Assembly (NCBI GenBank): GCA_964369845.1 | Contig: CAYJFJ010000003.1 | Location: 2,563-66,562 of the forward strand | Length of the DNA: 64,000 bases | Direction of reading: 5' to 3' | Source of the DNA: an uncultured Muribaculaceae bacterium | Lineage (GTDB): Bacteria > Bacillota_I > Bacilli_A > RF39 > UBA660 | Part shown: positions 60,185 to 64,000 of the stretch, piece after piece | Position numbering within the stretch: the first letter of the stretch is position 1 | Layout: each line of letters opens with the position of its first letter | The notes under the pieces: model-generated | What the model saw: the letters and a program-made list of their open reading frames with translations, nothing else | Told to the model about the DNA's origin: nothing | The model's database searches: none | Position numbers and translations under genes: made by a program

Positions 60185-60860
60185 ACATTTCTTCTTTCAG
60201 TTTACCTTTTTCCATCTTTAATATTTTATCTGCATATTTTGCATTAGATGTATTGTGACTAACAACTATTACGCATTTGCCATTTTTGGCTAAATCATTT
60301 AATATTTTCATTATTATTTTTTCATTATTTTCATCTAGGTTACCAGTTGGCTCATCTGCTAGAATGATGGACGGATCATTAACTAAAGCTCTTGCAATGG
60401 CAATTCTTTGTTGCTCTCCACCTGATAATTCATTAGGAAAGTGATTTTTTCTATTTTCTAATCCCACTAGTTTTAATAATTTCAAAACTTTTTCTTCTCT
60501 AGATTTAGAATCCATTTCTTTATTGAGATACAATGGAATTAAAATATTTTGAAAAGCAGTTAAAGAATTATTGAGATAATAAGATTGAAATACAAACCCT
60601 ATATGTTTTTTTCTTAAATCTGCTAGTTTGTTTTCATTTAAATTAATTACTTTTTCCTCTATAATTGAAATATCTCCACTTGTAAATTCATCTAAAGTAG
60701 CCATACAATGCAGTAAAGTTGACTTACCTGATCCACTATTTCCCAGTATTAAATATAAATTATTATTACTGAAACTATAATTTATTCCATCAACTGCTCT
60801 TATTATACTTTTATCTTTTTCGTAAATCTTTTCACAATTTTTCAATTCTATAAAATTCAT
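60177..60860 (-). CDS. ABC transporter ATP-binding protein (MacB/LolD-like)
   Basis: Walker [11 protein letters not shown]-loop, signature LSGGEQQR, Walker [13 protein letters not shown]-loop VVSHN. GGAGG RBS. Confidence 0.92.
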   Translation of the reverse strand: MNFIELKNCEKIYEKDKSIIRAVDGINYSFSNNNLYLILGNSGSGKSTLLHCMATLDEFTSGDISIIEEKVINLNENKLADLRKKHIGFVFQSYYLNNSLTAFQNILIPLYLNKEMDSKSREEKVLKLLKLVGLENRKNHFPNELSGGEQQRIAIARALVNDPSIILADEPTGNLDENNEKIIMKILNDLAKNGKCVIVVSHNTSNAKYADKILKMEKGKLKEEMYE

Positions 60861-60916
60861 AAATCCTCCGACATTATATTAAATTCATTTAATATAATAC
60901 TCTTATTTTAACAAAC

Positions 60917-60947
60917 AAAAAGCCACATAAAATTTATGCAACTTTTT
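60917..60947 (-). terminator. Hairpin with flanking U-run in the ABC operon leader (possible attenuator/terminator)
   Basis: Plus strand AAAAAGCCACATAAAATTTATGCAACTTTTT. It has 6 outer and 6 inner base pairs around a 3x3 internal mismatch. On the minus RNA it is followed by UGUUUGUU. It overlaps the stop of the 24-codon ORF. Confidence 0.3.
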
Positions 60948-61020
60948 AGGTTTGAAAGATAGTTGAATTTAATTGCAAAAACATTTTTCTTGTACAGTTA
61001 TTGTGATATATTAAATTCAT
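60946..61020 (-). CDS. 24-codon leader ORF upstream of the ABC operon (speculative)
   Basis: Own translation MNLIYHNNCTRKMFLQLNSTIFQT, with an AGGAGA RBS 8 nt upstream, located between the candidate promoter and the hairpin. No further support. Confidence 0.2.
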   Translation of the reverse strand: MNLIYHNNCTRKMFLQLNSTIFQT

Positions 61021-61040
61021 AACTATCATCTCCTGAATTT

Positions 61041-61069
61041 AATCTATCATTTTTTATTATCTTTGTCAA
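61041..61069 (-). promoter_or_regulatory. Candidate sigma-A-type promoter for the element's ABC operon
   Basis: Minus strand TTGACA (61064..61069), 17 nt, TAGATT (61041..61046). A perfect -35, optimal spacing and a moderate -10. Such matches are less specific in AT-rich DNA. Confidence 0.35.
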
Positions 61070-61116
61070 TATACATAGCTTGCCATATAAGGATATATAT
61101 TATAGTTCCCTCTTGA

Positions 61117-61141
61117 GGTATCACTAATTAACAACCTACCA
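61117..61141. repeat. Element end / recombination site (spoIVA-5'-proximal junction)
   Basis: Plus strand GGTATCACTAATTAACAACCTAC|CA. This is an inverted copy of 55868..55890, matching at 7+8 outer positions with a different 8-nt spacer. TACCA lies at 61137..61141. Confidence 0.75.
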
Positions 61142-61513
61142 TGGACTCTTAACCATCCTAGGATTTCCTTCTTCATCTGTAAAACCATTTGCCTCTGGTA
61201 CTACGTAACCTACGCAATCAACTAATTTTATTTTAGTTGAGAATTCACCTACTTTAATTTCTGCACCACTTGAAGGCACAAATTTAGGTTCTGTTGTCAT
61301 AATAGTTTTTCCTTCAGCACTTTGAGGGATTTCATCTAGACATTTTTTCTTTTCATATTCATCAGTAATATTAGGTACCACTAAATTTTCAATAAATCTT
61401 TTTATAAATGTAGATTTACCAGTTCTAACAGCACCTACTACTCCTAAATATATTTCTCCATTTCCCTTTTTAGATATTGAAGAAATTATTTGTTCTTTAT
61501 TCATAAACACCAA
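61136..61513 (-). CDS. spoIVA: Stage IV sporulation protein A, 5' segment of a split gene (codons 1-~122, Walker A region)
   Basis: GEIYLGVVGAVRTGKSTFIKRF...QSAEGKTIMTTEPKFVP...KLVDCVGYVVPEANGF...GNPRMVKSPW* is colinear with the B. subtilis SpoIVA N-terminus (GDIYLGVVGAVRTGKSTFIKKF...NGPRMINTPW). The TAG stop (61136..61138) is supplied by the first bases of the element. The likely true start is ATG at 61504 (MNKEQ). Confidence 0.92.
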   Translation of the reverse strand: MVFMNKEQIISSISKKGNGEIYLGVVGAVRTGKSTFIKRFIENLVVPNITDEYEKKKCLDEIPQSAEGKTIMTTEPKFVPSSGAEIKVGEFSTKIKLVDCVGYVVPEANGFTDEEGNPRMVKSPW

Positions 61514-61622
61514 TCTTTCCTTTACTACTTAAATTTATTCTTTTTTACTTTTTTATATACATAATAATTTAAATTTAAAATAAAAAGCACACTTTTCTCG
61601 TGCACTTTCTTCTTTAAGATAT

Positions 61623-62402
61623 TTAATTATATTTGTATATTTTATAATCTTCATCTACTTTTACAATTATAAATATACTTTTTAAAACTGTATTTTCTTC
61701 ATGAGTAGCTGATCCTGAATATGAATAAAAACCTGGTTTATAATCTACTTCTATAACAAATAAATCAGTGAAATCCTCTGTAGTACTTTTTAAGAGTAAA
61801 TCATCTACATCTACCGCATTTTCTTCAAGAAATTCTTGAGCTTTTGCAGCAGTATAATAACTAGTTATACTTTCTAGAGATATAGTTGTATCAGACCAAC
61901 CTTCTTCTTCACCGTTTTCATAAAATGATATAAAGTTTTTACCTTCTATTTTTAAATGCATATTATTTAAACTATCATAATCTTTTTCAATGATATTAAG
62001 GTAGTAATCAAGCACCATTTCTTCTAAAACATTTTCTGGTTCATCGTTTATTACCAACACTCTAGTTTCATTAGTATAATTACTGCTTCCTTTATATGAA
62101 TATGTATTTTCTGATAAGTCTATATAATTTATTAATCTGTACTTATCGTACTCAAGTGGCTCATATTCATCATCAAAAGAATTATTATAAACTTCTAGTA
62201 AATCATCGTATTTTTGTTCTAGTAAAAAATTTAGCTGTTTTATGTCTGCATTATCTTCTTCTAATTTTTCGATTAATTCTTCTTCAGTCAACTCTTTTTC
62301 TTGATACTGAATATATATAAATATTCCAAGAACTAATGATATTATTATAAATAATGTAAGGAAACTTCTATAGAAAATTTGCTTTTTTGTTATTTTTAAC
62401 AT
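61623..62402 (-). CDS. Hypothetical membrane-anchored protein
   Basis: 259 aa with an N-terminal TM (FLTLFIIISLVLGIFIYI) and an acidic body. It occupies the position between der/spoVIF-like and spoIVA where Bacillus has yphE/yphF-type genes. Confidence 0.45.
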   Translation of the reverse strand: MLKITKKQIFYRSFLTLFIIISLVLGIFIYIQYQEKELTEEELIEKLEEDNADIKQLNFLLEQKYDDLLEVYNNSFDDEYEPLEYDKYRLINYIDLSENTYSYKGSSNYTNETRVLVINDEPENVLEEMVLDYYLNIIEKDYDSLNNMHLKIEGKNFISFYENGEEEGWSDTTISLESITSYYTAAKAQEFLEENAVDVDDLLLKSTTEDFTDLFVIEVDYKPGFYSYSGSATHEENTVLKSIFIIVKVDEDYKIYKYN

Positions 62403-62521
62403 ACTTAACCTCTTATGGCTTTTTTATGAAGATTAATTTTGAGTGCCATATCTTTCATACTTATAATATATCAAATATATTCATAGTTTTCAATATATGC
62501 TTATAAATTTGTTTTTTTTGC

Positions 62522-62764
62522 TTAAAACATTTTTTCTACATTATTAGGTACTTTATCTTCTACTATCTTATTTACTATTTTATCTATTTGTTCATCTGAT
62601 ACTTTTTTACCTGTAACTTTGCTAAGTGTTCCTATTATTTCTTTAATAGTACCTTCATCTTTCATATTACCATTTTGCAATTTTTCTGCTAGTGATAAAA
62701 TTGTATCTTTTTTTACACTTGTTTTATTTTCAATTTTTTTAAAAAGTTCATCGTTTAATTTCAT
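62522..62764 (-). CDS. spoVIF: SpoVIF (YjcC)-like small sporulation protein
   Basis: 80 aa. LFKKIENKTSVKKDTILSLAEKLQNGNMKDEGTIKEII resembles the B. subtilis SpoVIF N-terminus (FFKNIEKKTGV...LAGSLQNANFKDENT), as recalled. Confidence 0.55.
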   Translation of the reverse strand: MKLNDELFKKIENKTSVKKDTILSLAEKLQNGNMKDEGTIKEIIGTLSKVTGKKVSDEQIDKIVNKIVEDKVPNNVEKMF

Positions 62765-62829
62765 AAATCCTCCTAGTTTATAGTATGATTTATAATTTTT
62801 TTGGTTAAAAAAATCACTTTTTCAAGTGA

Positions 62830-64000
62830 TTAATCTTCTTTGTTTTTAAATTGTAGAATTAATGGAGTTCCTTCAAGATCGAAGTTTTCTCTTATTTTAT
62901 TTTCTAAATATCTATAATAACTAAAATGAACTAAATTTTTACTATTTACATCTAAAGTTATTTTTATTGGAGCAGTTCCTGTTTGTTTAACAAAATAAAT
63001 TTTTAATCTTTTACCTTTATATGAAGGTGCTGGATGTAAGTGATATGCATCTGAAATAATTTTGTTTAGTTCACTTGTTTTAAGTTCTTTTCTAGAATTT
63101 TCAAATGCTGATATTACTTCTGGCATTAATGTATGTAATCTTTTTCTTTTAAGAGCAGATACAAATACATGTTTTGCGTACGGAGCGAATTTGAACTCTT
63201 CTTCTAAAAGCATTTTCCATTTTTTTATTTCTATATTAGGATCTTCAATTACATCCCATTTATTTACACATATTACTACAGCTTTTCCTGCATCAATTGC
63301 ATATGACAAAATATGTTTATCATGTTCTATAATACCTTCTTCAGCGTTTACTATTAATACACATACATTAGATCTATCAATAGCTTTCATACTACGTAGT
63401 AAACTATAACGTTCTACTTCTTCGTATATTTTACCTTTTTTACGCATTCCTGCTGTATCTATCATTGTATATTCTTCTTCGTTATATTTAAATACCGTAT
63501 CTACTGCATCACGAGTTGTTCCTGCAACATTTGATACTATTACACGTTCTTCATTCAATATAGCGTTTACTAAACTAGATTTTCCTACATTAGGTCTTCC
63601 GATAAAACAAAATTTTAATTTACCATCATCTTCTAGTGCAGTATATTCTGGCATTTCTTTTGTTAAATCATTTAAAAATTCATTGAATCCTAAATTGTGT
63701 TCAGCTGAAATTCCGTAGATTTTTTCAAAACCTAATTCGTAAAATTCATATATATTTGATTTTCTTCTTTCATTATCAATTTTATTTACTAGTAAAATTA
63801 CTTCTTTATCTGTTTTTCTAAGTAAATTTGCTACTTTTTTATCTGATGCATCTATTCCATTAAGCCCATCTACTGCAAATAAAATTATATCTGCCTCATC
63901 CATAGCAAGTGTAGCTTGCGCTAGAATATCTTTATCAATTTCATCATTACCTAAAAGAATACCTCCGGTATCAATTAAATTGAACTTTCTATTATTATGG
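62830..64000 (-). CDS. der: Ribosome-associated GTPase Der/EngA (5' end beyond the window)
   Basis: Second GTPase domain G1 GRPNVGKSS, DTAGMRKKG, NKWD, and a KH-like C-terminal domain. The frame stays open upstream of the ORF-track Met to the window edge (first GTPase domain NKID present). Confidence 0.9.
   Translation of the reverse strand, partial: HNNRKFNLIDTGGILLGNDEIDKDILAQATLAMDEADIILFAVDGLNGIDASDKKVANLLRKTDKEVILLVNKIDNERRKSNIYEFYELGFEKIYGISAEHNLGFNEFLNDLTKEMPEYTALEDDGKLKFCFIGRPNVGKSSLVNAILNEERVIVSNVAGTTRDAVDTVFKYNEEEYTMIDTAGMRKKGKIYEEVERYSLLRSMKAIDRSNVCVLIVNAEEGIIEHDKHILSYAIDAGKAVVICVNKWDVIEDPNIEIKKWKMLLEEEFKFAPYAKHVFVSALKRKRLHTLMPEVISAFENSRKELKTSELNKIISDAYHLHPAPSYKGKRLKIYFVKQTGTAPIKITLDVNSKNLVHFSYYRYLENKIRENFDLEGTPLILQFKNKED

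Larger units (their letters stand above)
55868..61141 (-). mobile_element. 5,274-bp intervening element inside spoIVA (serine recombinase + small ORF + FtsX/MacB-type ABC transporter operon)
   Basis: Bounded by a TACCA direct repeat (55863..55867 and 61137..61141) and 23-bp imperfect terminal inverted repeats. Deleting one repeat copy plus the intervening DNA joins ...AAG AGT CCA TGG | TAT GAT GAG CCT... in frame. All internal genes are co-directional with spoIVA. Confidence 0.85.

Noticed and set aside
55868-61141. Considered whether the spoIVA insert is a prophage, ICE or IS element.
   Set aside because: It has no phage structural, replication, conjugation or DDE transposase genes. It carries only a serine recombinase, a tiny ORF and an ABC operon. 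It is better described as a minimal intervening or integrative element.

Overview
Very AT-rich, low-GC Firmicutes-type chromosomal window from an endospore former. Gene order resembles Bacillus or Clostridium core regions, and Mycoplasma-type DUF285/BspA repeats hint at an Erysipelotrichia-like or similar lineage, but taxonomy cannot be fixed from sequence alone. Almost all genes lie on the minus strand. Housekeeping content: mutS, murF, lon, tig, greA, the yrrO-yrrN-yrrM(trmR)-mltG-yrzB-ruvX-ireB block, two tRNAs, tgt, queA, glyA, folD, ruvB, ruvA, fmt, frr, hup and der. Sporulation genes include ylbJ-like, spoVID-like plus a CotS/YsxE-like gene, a dacB-like carboxypeptidase, a DUF421 gene and spoVIF-like. 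Accessory content includes scattered type IV pilin-like genes, surface proteins, and a run of small GNAT/NUDIX/Ham1 housecleaning-type genes, two of them decayed. The main result is that spoIVA, the coat-basement morphogenetic ATPase gene, is split. Its 5' part (61136..61513) and 3' part (54752..55867) are separated by a 5,274-bp element co-directional with spoIVA. The element carries a large serine recombinase, a 35-codon ORF, and a three-gene FtsX/MacB-type ABC transporter operon. It is bounded by 23-bp imperfect inverted repeats and a 5-bp TACCA direct repeat. Precise deletion at the repeat restores a colinear 492-codon spoIVA. This looks like a skin-like, developmentally excised intervening element in a gene I do not recall being reported as interrupted. 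Whether it excises needs experimental or comparative confirmation.
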